Shown here: piece by piece, positions 18,891 through 28,317 of the stretch
Position numbering within the stretch: position 1 is the first letter of the stretch
Layout: every line of letters starts with the position of its first letter
NCBI GenBank assembly: GCA_963850305.1
Contig: CAWKKR010000007.1
Location: 64,001-128,000 of the forward strand
DNA: 64,000 bases
Direction: 5' to 3'
Origin: an uncultured delta proteobacterium
GTDB taxonomy: Bacteria > Myxococcota_A > Polyangia > Polyangiales > Polyangiaceae
Notes under the pieces: generated by a model
Database searches by the model: none
What the model was told of the DNA's origin: nothing
What the model saw: only the letters and a program-made list of their open reading frames with translations
Translations under genes and position numbers: made by a program

Positions 18891-20242
18891 TCCTTCATCC
18901 CCATGTTCAGACCGTGGTTCGCCGGCTGCGCGGGTTCGGCGACGGGCGCGGGGATCGCGTGAGGTTTCGCGTGGGAGTGGGATGGAGCGCGGCGGGTCGG
19001 TGGAGTGAGAGGGGAAGGGGGGACGACTGCGGGAGCGGGAGCGGGAGCGGGAGCGGGAGCGGGAGCGAGAGCGGGAGCGAGAGCGGGGGAAGAGGCGGGG
19101 GCGGGGGAAGAGGCGGGGGCGGGGGAAGAGGCGGGGGTTGAATGCTGGGTGCGCCAGAGGAGAGCTGCACCGAGGACGACGGTGAGCGTCGCGGCCGTCG
19201 CGATGGCGACGAGGGGCGTCTTCGGTTTCGGGCGCGTGCCCATCTGCGAATGGGTCCACGTCGATGACGTCGCCTGCATGCGGCCCGACGACGTCGCCTG
19301 GGCTCCGGGCGGCGGCACGGACGCGCCGAGGACGCGGGAAATGCGTTCGAGGGAGATCTCGCTGCGCGGGGGACCGAACGGCGCGAGTGCCGCGGCAAAC
19401 TTCGCGACGTCGGGGAAGCGCTGCCCCATTTCGCGACGAAGGCACCGATCGATGACCGCCGCGAGCTCGGGCGGCACGTCGGCACGCTTCTCGAGGATCG
19501 GCGGAGGATCGCGCTGCGTCACCATGAACACGATCTCGGGCATCGTGTCCGCGACGAACGGCGGGGCTCCGGTCAAAAGCTCGTAGAGAATGATGCCGAG
19601 GGCCCAGATGTCCGACCGCGCGTCGACATCCTTGGCGGACATCATTTGCTCGGGTGCCATGTAGTAGGGCGAGCCCATCATCGCGGACGTCTGGGTGAGG
19701 CCGCCGGGCCCGCTGTCGTTCGTCTTCGAGATGCCGAAATCGAGCACCTTGACGGTCGGAGCTCCGGCGGCCCGGCGGGCGAGGAACAGATTCGCCGGCT
19801 TCAGATCGCGATGCACCATGCCGAGCGCGTGGGCTTCGGCGATCGCTTCGCAGGCTTGAAGGACATAACCGACGGCTTGCTGCACCGGGAGCGCACCCCC
19901 TTGTTCCAGCGTTTCGGCGAGGTCGTGACCGTCGAGAAACTCCATCACCATGTACGGGCAGCCCCCCGGCAATGTCCCCACGTCCATGACGCGCGCCACA
20001 TGCTCGCTCTGGATCTGCGCCGCCGCGCGGGCTTCGCGCGCGAAACGTTCGATGACCTGGGGGTTGCCGAGCGCGGCGGGGAGCAGGAATTTGATCGCGA
20101 CGCGCTGGCTGAGCTGTGTGTGCGTCGCGAGCACGACGATCCCCATGCCGCCCGCGCCGAGGACGCGATCTACGCGGTACTTGCCGTCGAGGGTGTCGCC
20201 CGCTTGGACCGGGGCGATCTCGTGGGACGACACGGGAGGCAT
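18887..20242 (-). CDS. Membrane Ser/Thr protein kinase
   Basis: LGAGGMGIV, VAIK, HRDLKPAN, DFGISK, GSPYYMAPE; TM segment; Pro/Ala-rich tail. Confidence 0.95.
   Translation of the reverse strand: MPPVSSHEIAPVQAGDTLDGKYRVDRVLGAGGMGIVVLATHTQLSQRVAIKFLLPAALGNPQVIERFAREARAAAQIQSEHVARVMDVGTLPGGCPYMVMEFLDGHDLAETLEQGGALPVQQAVGYVLQACEAIAEAHALGMVHRDLKPANLFLARRAAGAPTVKVLDFGISKTNDSGPGGLTQTSAMMGSPYYMAPEQMMSAKDVDARSDIWALGIILYELLTGAPPFVADTMPEIVFMVTQRDPPPILEKRADVPPELAAVIDRCLRREMGQRFPDVAKFAAALAPFGPPRSEISLERISRVLGASVPPPGAQATSSGRMQATSSTWTHSQMGTRPKPKTPLVAIATAATLTVVLGAALLWRTQHSTPASSPAPASSPAPASSPALAPALAPAPAPAPAPAPAVVPPSPLTPPTRRAPSHSHAKPHAIPAPVAEPAQPANHGLNMGMKE
19029..19136. repeat. Coding micro/minisatellite: (GCGGGA/GCGAGA)x9 plus 18-bp unit x3
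   Basis: Read directly; encodes (PASSPA)3 and (PA)n in the kinase extracytoplasmic tail. Confidence 0.9.
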
Positions 20243-21549
20243 CAGTTCGAGACCTTGAGGAGGGCGTTCACGGAGCCGTTCGTGTCGGCGACGTAGACGC
20301 TCGTTGCGTCGACGGCGAGGGCGTTCGGCGCGCCGTTCGAGCCGCTGCCGCACGCGCCCGTGCACGTGAAGGCGGGCGTTCCGGCCGTGAGATTTCCAGC
20401 GACCGGCACCGCGGGGCCACCGGCGATCGGGACCTTCCACACGGCGGTGTCGGTCGACCAATAGACGTCGTTCGCGCCGAGTGCGATCGCGCCCGACTCG
20501 CCGGAGAACTGCGCGAGGATGGTCTGCGGGCCGCCGTCGAGCGGGATCTTGGCGATCGTTCCGGTGGGAGGGTGATTGTCCTGGTTCGAGTTGTCGGAGC
20601 AGTTGCAACAGCCGCATCCGCTCCCCAGAACGTAGATGTTCGCATCGTCCGCGGCGAACGCGCTCGAACCCTCCGTGTTCACGGTCACCGCAATCTGGCT
20701 CGATGCACTCCCGTCGAGCGGAAGCACTTCGAATCGTTCGGGGCCGTTGCTCTCGGAAAGCTGGAAAATAGCGGAGGATGAATTGATGACCAGGCGGTCG
20801 TTGCCGGTCTGCACGGTTCCGAGCGTGGTTTGCGTCCCGCCGCCCTTGGGGATCTCGCTGAGGGTCGCTGCGCAGTTGCCCCCGCAGTTTTGCTCGCTCG
20901 AAAGCCAGTACACGTTGCTCGCATCTACGGCGACCGCGCCGCAGCCATTGTTGGAGCTGGACTTAGAGTTCGCGTTCGGCACGAGCACGGTGCGCGAAGA
21001 GTCCGTCAGCGAAAGCTGGGTGAGGCCGCCGTCGCCGCCGTTGAAGCCGTTCGACCAGTAGTAGAGATGGTCGGTGTCGACCGCAAAGGACCCCGGCCCG
21101 CAGATCTGCGCATCGTTCTGCACGAGGGGGACCAGGGTCCCTCCGTTCGTCGGGATCGAGCCGATCCCATTTTCGCCGTTCGCGGCCAGGAAGAGCGAGC
21201 CGCCAGCGATCGTGATCTGGGAGTCCTGTGAGCCTCCGAGCGCGGGAATCGTGGTGAGCGTCGTGGCGGCCGCGCCGCACGCCGACCCGGAGCACGCCGC
21301 GCCGAGCGGACAGACGTTGCCACACGACCCACAATTGAGGCCGTCGTCATCGAGCTCGGTCTCGCAGAGATTCTCTCGGGGGTTCACGCAGCTCGCGTAG
21401 CCGGGGAGACAATCGTATGGGCCGTCGAAGTTCTTCGCGCAGCTCGTAGCGACGACCCCCGCCCACACGAGGGCCGCCGAAGTATGCTCGAACGCCCGCC
21501 AGTGCCGGCGCCCCGCCAGCAAGGAACGCATCACCCCGCAGCGTATCAC
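20242..21549 (-). CDS. Lipoprotein with Cys-rich N-terminus and beta-propeller repeats
   Basis: VVATSC lipobox; NCGSCGNVC; repeated AVD...(V/L)YW and IP..GG...TL units. Confidence 0.8.
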   Translation of the reverse strand: MIRCGVMRSLLAGRRHWRAFEHTSAALVWAGVVATSCAKNFDGPYDCLPGYASCVNPRENLCETELDDDGLNCGSCGNVCPLGAACSGSACGAAATTLTTIPALGGSQDSQITIAGGSLFLAANGENGIGSIPTNGGTLVPLVQNDAQICGPGSFAVDTDHLYYWSNGFNGGDGGLTQLSLTDSSRTVLVPNANSKSSSNNGCGAVAVDASNVYWLSSEQNCGGNCAATLSEIPKGGGTQTTLGTVQTGNDRLVINSSSAIFQLSESNGPERFEVLPLDGSASSQIAVTVNTEGSSAFAADDANIYVLGSGCGCCNCSDNSNQDNHPPTGTIAKIPLDGGPQTILAQFSGESGAIALGANDVYWSTDTAVWKVPIAGGPAVPVAGNLTAGTPAFTCTGACGSGSNGAPNALAVDATSVYVADTNGSVNALLKVSN

Positions 21550-21738
21550 GGTCGAGCAGGCCGGCGAACCCGGGCGCGCCGCCGTGCGGATAGCGCCCCC
21601 GAAAAGTGATTCACTTCCCTCGGACGACGGATCTCGTGCTTCGTCCGCTTCGCGCAGCGCGGATGACGGGGCGCGGGCCGTCGGCGGGGGACCGCGTCCG
21701 CGCTGACGGTGTGGCTCCAGATCCCGGGCCCCAAATGA

Positions 21739-21766
21739 CGACGGGCCTCCTCTCGGAAGCCCGTCG
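21739..21766 (-). terminator. Hairpin downstream of SDR gene, probable intrinsic terminator
   Basis: Minus strand CGACGGGCTTCC-GAGA-GGAGGCCCGTCG followed by TCATTT, about 20 bp after the stop. Confidence 0.6.
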
Positions 21767-21786
21767 CTTCGGATGAGCGTGCGAGA

Positions 21787-22677
21787 TCAGCTCGAGAAGA
21801 TCTTCATCGAGGCGGCGCCGCCCATGGTGAATTCATCCGCGCCGCTCATGTCGGTGATCTTGGCGAGCGCGGCTTCGACCTGCTCCGGCGTGACGTTGTC
21901 CCCGAGCTTGGCGCCCTTCGCTTCCATGATGGCGACCTTGCTGTAGTGCCCTGCCCCGGCTTCGATGATGAGCCCGGTCGGGGCGTTCTCGCTCGCGAGG
22001 AACAGAACGGCCGGGGTCACGAGCTCGGGCTTGAGCTTCTTGAAGAACTCCTCGGGAATGCCGAGGCCTTCGGTCATGCGCGTCGCGGCGATGGGCGCGA
22101 TGGCGTTGACCTTGACGTTCTTCTTCTCGCCCTCGATCTTGAGGGTGTTCATGAGGCCGATGACGCCGAGCTTCGCCGCGCCGTAGTTCGATTGGCCGAA
22201 GTTGCCGTAGAGTCCCGACGAGGAGGTCGTCATGACGATGCGGCCGTAGCCCTTCTCGTTCATGACGGGCCAGGCGGCCTTCGTCACGTAAACGGACCCG
22301 AGCAGATGGACGCTGAGGATCAGCTCGAAGTCTTCGAGCGTGACCTTGCTGAACGACTTGTCGCGGAGGATGCCGGCGTTGTTGATGAGAATGTCGACCG
22401 TGCCGAAGGCCTTCACGGCGTCGGCGACGATGCTCTCCGCGCCCTTCCTGTCGGAGACGGAAGCGCCGTTGGCGATCGCCTCGCCTCCAGCCTTCTTGAT
22501 TTCCTCGACGACTGCTTGCGCGGCCGCGCTCGAACCGCCTGAACCGTCGACCGAGCTGCCGAGGTCGTTCACGACGACCTTGGCTCCGCGCTTGGCGAGC
22601 TCGAGCGCGTGGTTTTTGCCGAGTCCGGCGCCCGCGCCCGTGACGATCGCGACCTTACCCTTGAAGTCGATGCTCAT
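21787..22677 (-). CDS. SDR oxidoreductase, (3R)-hydroxyacyl-CoA dehydrogenase/MFE-2-like
   Basis: TGAGAGLG, VVVNDLG, NNAGILRDKSF, SSSGLYGNFGQSNYGAAK. Confidence 0.92.
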   Translation of the reverse strand: MSIDFKGKVAIVTGAGAGLGKNHALELAKRGAKVVVNDLGSSVDGSGGSSAAAQAVVEEIKKAGGEAIANGASVSDRKGAESIVADAVKAFGTVDILINNAGILRDKSFSKVTLEDFELILSVHLLGSVYVTKAAWPVMNEKGYGRIVMTTSSSGLYGNFGQSNYGAAKLGVIGLMNTLKIEGEKKNVKVNAIAPIAATRMTEGLGIPEEFFKKLKPELVTPAVLFLASENAPTGLIIEAGAGHYSKVAIMEAKGAKLGDNVTPEQVEAALAKITDMSGADEFTMGGAASMKIFSS

Positions 22678-22767
22678 TTATCGTTTCTCCCGTGACAAGA
22701 GGCTCCGTGGGTTATGCCGCGACCCCGACCGCGTCAACCCAAATGGGACTTTCCGAGGGTTCCCGTG

Positions 22768-22990
22768 GGTCAGCTGGGCGGGTGAGGCGCGGAAGCGTGC
22801 GAACGCACGCTGAGCACCGAGAGCGCCCGGATGGCCATGTCCACGAAGCAAGGGGGCCAAAGTGGAGGCGGTCGGGATCGCGAAGACGGCATGGTCAGCT
22901 GGGCGGGTGAGGCGCGGAAGCGTGCGAACGCACGCTGAGCACCGAGAGCGCCCAGATGGCCGTGCCCTCGAAGCGAGGCCGACCACCTCC
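22768..22990. repeat. Duplicated structured intergenic element (82-bp direct repeat; second copy within a 127-bp imperfect palindrome)
   Basis: 22768-22849 vs 22893-22974 with 4 mismatches; internal hairpin AGCGTGC-GAAC-GCACGCT; inverted arms 22888-22905/22949-22966 and 22864-22875/22979-22990. Confidence 0.9.
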
Positions 22991-22993
22991 GCC

Positions 22994-23968
22994 TCACTGG
23001 AAGGCGCAGTCTTGTTGCCAGTACTTATTCGCGAGGTACCGCTGAGCGCGTCTCTTCGCGAGGACGTTGCTGAGACGCTGCTCGGGCATCGTGTCACCGG
23101 CGGCCATCACGTCGTTCAATGCGGCGAAGTAGTCCTTCTTGTCGCGCTTGGGGCAGTAATAATACTGCGCCATCGTGACCTTGGCGGTCATCAGCTTGCC
23201 GCCGCCGATCTGAAGCGCGTGATCGAAGTCGGCCTTCGCCGAGTCATAGTCGTGCAGTCCCGCGTGAGCGGCGCCGAGCATCGCGTACGGCGTTCCGTTC
23301 TCGATGTTCGGATCGAGCTTCACGACCTGCTCGAGTATCGCGATACCGATCCAGAGCTCGGACACGGTCTCCGGATTGTCCATGTCGAAGTTCACGCGGC
23401 CGACGATGGAGAACGCGAACCACAGGAGCTGCTCCGCATACTTCTTGTCGTCGTAGTTCTTCTGAAGCCAGGCGCGGAGCGTGTCCTCGTTTCGTTGCGC
23501 GTCCTTGAAGCCCTTGGTCTGAAGATTGATGAGCTCTTCGCCGTAGAAGCGCGCGCGCTTGAAGCCGGCGCGGGCTCGAGCCGCCTCGTAGTCCGCCAGC
23601 TGGTCGTCCTTCTTGTCGAGCGCGTTCTCCCGTTCGTCGTCCATGAACGCGAACGAAATGCCGGCCCAGCTCTTCTCGAGCAGGAGGAGACCGTCCTGGT
23701 CGTCCGGAACCAGCTTATGAAGGCCCTCGATCATGCCCATGTTGCCGTAGGCGGCATCGCGAGCGTCCTCGAAGTCGTGCATCGTGTTGACGGCCGCGCT
23801 TGCCTCGCGCGTCCAACGCAACGCGTCTTCGTAAATCATGGGCTGCGGGTAAATTCCCGTTTGGATGTAGGCGTATTCTTGAACGCAGCCGCTCGTGCCG
23901 AGAGAAACGGCACCCACGAGAAGCGCGTTGAACAGCCCTCGCTCGAGGAGCCCCATGATTTCCGCCAA
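22994..23968 (-). CDS. TRAP-associated TatT (T-component) family lipoprotein
   Basis: LGTSGC lipobox; EGL..L.PD...LL; RA...Y.RA..YG; AK..FD.AL...GG..M..KV..AQYY; RL.N.LAKRRA.RYL; family from recalled motif pattern; start may be a few codons downstream. Confidence 0.75.
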   Translation of the reverse strand: MAEIMGLLERGLFNALLVGAVSLGTSGCVQEYAYIQTGIYPQPMIYEDALRWTREASAAVNTMHDFEDARDAAYGNMGMIEGLHKLVPDDQDGLLLLEKSWAGISFAFMDDERENALDKKDDQLADYEAARARAGFKRARFYGEELINLQTKGFKDAQRNEDTLRAWLQKNYDDKKYAEQLLWFAFSIVGRVNFDMDNPETVSELWIGIAILEQVVKLDPNIENGTPYAMLGAAHAGLHDYDSAKADFDHALQIGGGKLMTAKVTMAQYYYCPKRDKKDYFAALNDVMAAGDTMPEQRLSNVLAKRRAQRYLANKYWQQDCAFQ

Positions 23969-24144
23969 GGGCTATACCAGGCTCGAAGTCCGGCCTTCAA
24001 GGTGGAAACGGGAGGCGAAGGCGATTCGAGGCTCATTACCCCGGCAATTTCCCCCTGGCGCGCGCGGCCGGGCGCTAGGGGGTGGGCGCTCGGCTCGAGG
24101 CGACGTAGCCTTCACGTGGTCGCGGCTCCACGTCCAGGTCTCCG

Positions 24145-25395
24145 ATGAAGATCATCATCCTGTCGCGTGGCCCGGATCTCTACAGCACTCGCCGCATTCG
24201 AGAGGCTGCCGAGAGTCGCGGGCACGCGGTGTCGGTGCTCTCGCCGCTCAATCTCTCGCTGGAGCTCGAGCAGGGCAAGCCGGCGCTCTTCCACAAGAAC
24301 CGGGAGCTCGGGCCCTGTGATGCCGTGATCCCGCGCATCGGCGCATCGGTGACGGCGTACGGCACGGCGGTCGTGCGGCAGTTCGAGCAGATGGGTGTGT
24401 TCTGCCTCGCCTCGTCCCAGGCCATCGTCGATTCGCGCGACAAACTCCGGTCCTGTCAGATCATGAGCCGTCACGGCATCGGGATGCCGAAGACTGTCGT
24501 CGTACGCCGCCCCGACGGCGTGCTCCCAGCGATCGAGCGCATGGGCGGACCGCCGATCGTCATCAAGCTGCTCGAGGGAACGCAGGGCATCGGGGTGATC
24601 CTGGCGGACAGCACCCGCGTCGCGCAGGCCATCGTGGAGACCCTGCAGGGTCCCGGCGGGAAGAACGTCCTTCTCCAGCAATTCGTGTCGGAGAGTCGCG
24701 GGCGGGACATCCGCGCCTTCGTGATCGGTGGGCGCGTCGTGGCGGCCATGCGGCGCATCGCGAGAGGCGACGAGTTCCGTAGCAACGTGCACCGGGGCGG
24801 TCGCGTGGAAGGGCTGGATCTGGACGAAGACTATGCGCGGACGGCCGTTCAAGCCGCGCAGATCCTCGGACTCCGCGTCGCCGGGGTGGACATGCTCGAG
24901 GGTCGCGACGGGCCGAGCGTGACGGAGGTGAATGCGTCTCCCGGGCTCGAGGGCATCGAGCACGCGACGGGCATCGACGTCGCGGGCGCGATCGTGAAAC
25001 ACGTCGAGGACGAGATGCTCTTCCCGGACGTCGATATCCGCCAGCGTCTGACCCTCAAGGTTGGTTATGGCATCCTCGAGCTCGGCGTCGAAGATGGCAG
25101 CGAGCTCGCGAACGCGACGCTCGCAGAGCTTTGCTTCAGGGAACGCGACATCGTCGTGCTCAGCATCCTGCGCGGCGAAGCCACCATCCCCAACCCGCGC
25201 GAGCATTGCACGATCCTGCCCGGCGACGTGCTCATCTGCTTCGGCAGTACGGCGAGCCTGAAAGCGCTCGCACCCGGCCGGGGGCGCCGGTCGCGTCCGC
25301 CGGCAATCGACGGGCGAGCGGAACCCGATGCGCGCGACGTGCCCGCGCCACCGACCGGCCGCTCACGGCGCGGGCGGGCGCGACAGGGAATTTGA
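24145..25395 (+). CDS. rimK: RimK family alpha-L-glutamate ligase with C-terminal TrkA-C (RCK_C) domain
   Basis: MKIIILSR..LYSTRR, DAVIPRIGAS.T.YG, SRDKLRS, KLLEGTQGIGV, DIRAFV, FRSNVHRGG, EVNASPGLEGIE; C-terminal S.LAN.TL.EL......VLSILRG...IPNP.....LPGDVL. Confidence 0.92.
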   Translation: MKIIILSRGPDLYSTRRIREAAESRGHAVSVLSPLNLSLELEQGKPALFHKNRELGPCDAVIPRIGASVTAYGTAVVRQFEQMGVFCLASSQAIVDSRDKLRSCQIMSRHGIGMPKTVVVRRPDGVLPAIERMGGPPIVIKLLEGTQGIGVILADSTRVAQAIVETLQGPGGKNVLLQQFVSESRGRDIRAFVIGGRVVAAMRRIARGDEFRSNVHRGGRVEGLDLDEDYARTAVQAAQILGLRVAGVDMLEGRDGPSVTEVNASPGLEGIEHATGIDVAGAIVKHVEDEMLFPDVDIRQRLTLKVGYGILELGVEDGSELANATLAELCFRERDIVVLSILRGEATIPNPREHCTILPGDVLICFGSTASLKALAPGRGRRSRPPAIDGRAEPDARDVPAPPTGRSRRGRARQGI

Positions 25396-25574
25396 CCCCC
25401 CGCGGCTGACCCCTGAGATCGCTCGCATCCTTTTCCCGTATGCCGTGAGGGTCCAATCCCCGTGACGGCGTCTCGCGCGGAAGGGCCTCTTCCCCCGCGG
25501 CGTGCTGATTTACCCCGATGAGAGCGCGGACTGCGTTACCCTGAGGTGGCCGCTCGTGCTCGAGCCCAGCCCCA

Positions 25575-26036
25575 ATGGAGCGCTCCTCCACCGTCATCGG
25601 CGTCGCCGAATTCGTGGATCTGCCTAAATGGGGAATCGTCGGCCTTCGCGGAAAGATCGACACCGGCGCCAGGACGAGCGCCCTTCACGTGTCGAACATC
25701 CGGGAGATCGGAAACGGTCGCGTCGGTTTCGACGTTCGCTTGCACCGAAGAAAGACGGACAGAACCGTGCACGTCGAGGCGAAGATCCTCCGCCGCGGGC
25801 GGGTGCGGCCGTCGAGCGGGGACGCGCAGACCCGTCTGTTCGTCGCGACGACGCTCCGCATCGGTCCGATCGAGCGCGAAATCGAGCTCAGCCTGGTCGA
25901 TCGAGAGAACATGATCTTCCGCCTCCTCGTGGGCCGCTCGGCGCTCGGCTACGGGTTCCTGGTGGATCCGGCGAGACGGTACGTCCTTTCGCCCAGACCA
26001 CGCCGCCGCCCAAAGGTGAAGGCCCCTTCGCGCTGA
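25575..26036 (+). CDS. RimK-associated retropepsin-like protease (RimB/'ATP-dependent Zn protease' family)
   Basis: IG..E.V.LP..G, KIDTGARTSALH, VR.SSG, IELSLVDR.NM.F.LL.GR. Confidence 0.88.
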   Translation: MERSSTVIGVAEFVDLPKWGIVGLRGKIDTGARTSALHVSNIREIGNGRVGFDVRLHRRKTDRTVHVEAKILRRGRVRPSSGDAQTRLFVATTLRIGPIEREIELSLVDRENMIFRLLVGRSALGYGFLVDPARRYVLSPRPRRRPKVKAPSR

Positions 26037-26863
26037 AGAAGTCGCGAGGCAAGCGACGACGACGCCAGAAGAAATCGCATGGCGGAACCGCGGCCCCGTG
26101 GCTCGAGCACTCGCTCGACGTGCCGATGCTGCGGCAGCCCGACGACACGACGTGCGGCCCGACGTGCCTTCATGCGGTCTACAAGTTCCACGGGGACGAC
26201 GTGCCGCTCGAGGAAGTCGTCGAGGAGACGCCCAGGCTCGACGACGGGGGCACACTGGCGGTGCTCCTCGGCAGCCACGCGCTGCTCCGCGGGTACAAGG
26301 TCACCATCCACACCTACAATCTGCAAGTCTTCGATCCGACCTGGTTCGCAGACGGAGCGCCACCGCTGGCGGGAAAGCTGTTCGCGCTCGCGGAGGGCCG
26401 TACGGATCGCAAGCTGAAGTCGGTCGCGCGCGCGTACGTCAATTACCTCGCGCTCGGCGGCAGGCTCACGTTCGGCGATCTCACCTCGGAGCTCCTCCGG
26501 CGGTACCTGAAGCGCGGCATCCCCGTGTTGACCGGCCTGTCCTCGACGTTCCTGTATCGGTCCGCGCGCGAAATCCCGGGCACGAACGAGGCCGATGACG
26601 TGCTCGGGAGTCCCTCGGGGCACTTCGTCGTGCTCTCCGGGTATCGCGAAGAGACGCGGGAAGTCCGCGTCGCCGATCCCTGGCATCCGAACCCCGTGTC
26701 GAAGACCGGAACCTACTGGGTGACGATGAGCCGGGTCATCAACTCGATTCTCCTCGGCATCGTCACTTACGACGCAAACCTCCTCATCATCGAGCGGAAG
26801 GACGCGCACGCCGCGACCCGCCCGAAGGACGAGTCCCGTGCGAACCATCGTCGTCGTCAGTAA
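26033..26863 (+). CDS. C39-like (papain-fold) peptidase
   Basis: QPDDTTCGPTCL (Cys), GHFVVLSGY (His), VADP (Asp); start uncertain (CTG overlapping previous stop, or GTG/ATG near 26120). Confidence 0.85.
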   Translation: MKKSRGKRRRRQKKSHGGTAAPWLEHSLDVPMLRQPDDTTCGPTCLHAVYKFHGDDVPLEEVVEETPRLDDGGTLAVLLGSHALLRGYKVTIHTYNLQVFDPTWFADGAPPLAGKLFALAEGRTDRKLKSVARAYVNYLALGGRLTFGDLTSELLRRYLKRGIPVLTGLSSTFLYRSAREIPGTNEADDVLGSPSGHFVVLSGYREETREVRVADPWHPNPVSKTGTYWVTMSRVINSILLGIVTYDANLLIIERKDAHAATRPKDESRANHRRRQ

Positions 26864-28310
26864 CCCGAAGGACTGGCCGTTCTCGATCCCCGGTGTGGTG
26901 GTCATGAGCGCGAAAGCCTACCTGACCGAGAGCGAGCCTCAGGAGGGACGGACCACCAAGGTCTTCAATCTCTGCCGGTCCTACCGATATCAGAGCATGG
27001 GGTATTACGTGTCGCTCCTCGCAGCGGCGCGCGGTCACCGTCCGGTGCCGAGCATTTCCACGATCCAGGACATGAAGGCAGCGGAGATCGTCCGCATCCG
27101 CTCCGACGATCTCGAGGGCCTCATCCAGAGCAGCCTCGGGCACATCGTGTCCGACACGTTCGTGCTCAGCATCTACTTCGGGCGCAACGTGGCCCGGCGC
27201 TACGAGCGACTGTGTGCACGACTCTTCGGCTTGTTCCACGCGCCGCTCGTCCGGGCGCAGTTCACGCGGAGCCAGTCCGGGGAGTGGCAGATCCAGCGCG
27301 TCGCGCCGATCTCCGCCGACGAGATCCCGACGCACCATCACGAATTCGTCGTCAAGGCGGCGACCGAGTACTTCGCGACCCGGAAGTGGAACCCGTCACG
27401 CGCGAGCGCCGCCCCATACGATCTGGCGATCCTCTACGACCCCGAAGAGAAAGATCCGCCCTCGGACGAACGCGCGGTCAAGAAATTCATGAAGGCCGCG
27501 CGTGCGTTCGGCATGGAGCCATCCATCGTGAACCGCGACGACTATGCCCGTCTCGGCGAATACGACGCGCTCTTCATCCGCGAAACGACGAACGTCAATC
27601 ACCACACCTATCGCTTCGCGCGTCGCGCCCAGGCCGAAGGGCTCGTCGTCGTCGACGACCCGGAGTCGATCGTCCGCTGCACGAACAAGATCTACCTCGC
27701 CGAGCTCATGACCCGGCACGGCATCCGCACGCCGAAGACCCTCGTCGTCCAGCGCGACGGCGTCCAGCGCGTGCTCGACGAGCTCGGCCTGCCCTGTGTT
27801 CTCAAGCAACCCGACAGCGCCTTCTCGCAGGGCGTCGTCAAGGTGGAGACCGAGCAGGCGCTCTTCGACGAAGCGGAGCGCATCTTGACGAAGAGCGAGC
27901 TCATCGTCGCGCAGGGCTTCATGCCGACCGACTTCGACTGGCGCATCGGCGTCTTCGATGGTCAGCCGATGTGGGCGTGCCGCTATCACATGGCCAACGG
28001 ACACTGGCAGATCGTGCGAAACCTCGGCGGCGGGCAGCGTCGCTCGGGCCGCGTCGAGGCATTTCCGCTCGAAGGCGTCCCGGGCAACGTCGTGAAGACC
28101 GCGGTTCGCGCCGCGGAGCTCATCGGCGACGGTCTCTACGGTGTCGACCTCAAGGAGATCAATCGCAAGGTGTACCTCGTCGAGGTGAACGACAATCCGA
28201 ACATCGACGTCGGTTACGAGGACGGCGTGGCCGGCGATGCCCTCTACAGGAACGTGCTCCAGGTGTTCGCCCGGCGGCTCGAGGCCCTGCACGTCACGCG
28301 ACGAGGATGA
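26838..28310 (+). CDS. RimK-like ATP-grasp protein with N-terminal RLAN domain
   Basis: VFNLCRSYRYQSMGYYVSLLAAARGH..PS; DALFIRETT, CTNKIYL, KQPDSAFSQGV, FDWRIGV, LYGVDLK, EVNDNPNID. Confidence 0.9.
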   Translation: MRTIVVVSNPKDWPFSIPGVVVMSAKAYLTESEPQEGRTTKVFNLCRSYRYQSMGYYVSLLAAARGHRPVPSISTIQDMKAAEIVRIRSDDLEGLIQSSLGHIVSDTFVLSIYFGRNVARRYERLCARLFGLFHAPLVRAQFTRSQSGEWQIQRVAPISADEIPTHHHEFVVKAATEYFATRKWNPSRASAAPYDLAILYDPEEKDPPSDERAVKKFMKAARAFGMEPSIVNRDDYARLGEYDALFIRETTNVNHHTYRFARRAQAEGLVVVDDPESIVRCTNKIYLAELMTRHGIRTPKTLVVQRDGVQRVLDELGLPCVLKQPDSAFSQGVVKVETEQALFDEAERILTKSELIVAQGFMPTDFDWRIGVFDGQPMWACRYHMANGHWQIVRNLGGGQRRSGRVEAFPLEGVPGNVVKTAVRAAELIGDGLYGVDLKEINRKVYLVEVNDNPNIDVGYEDGVAGDALYRNVLQVFARRLEALHVTRRG

Positions 28311-28317
28311 ACCCCCG

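Noticed and set aside
25396..25574. Riboswitch, ribozyme or precursor peptide between rimK and the protease gene
   Set aside because: Only weak GC-rich hairpins, no recognisable conserved motif and no convincing small ORF with RBS
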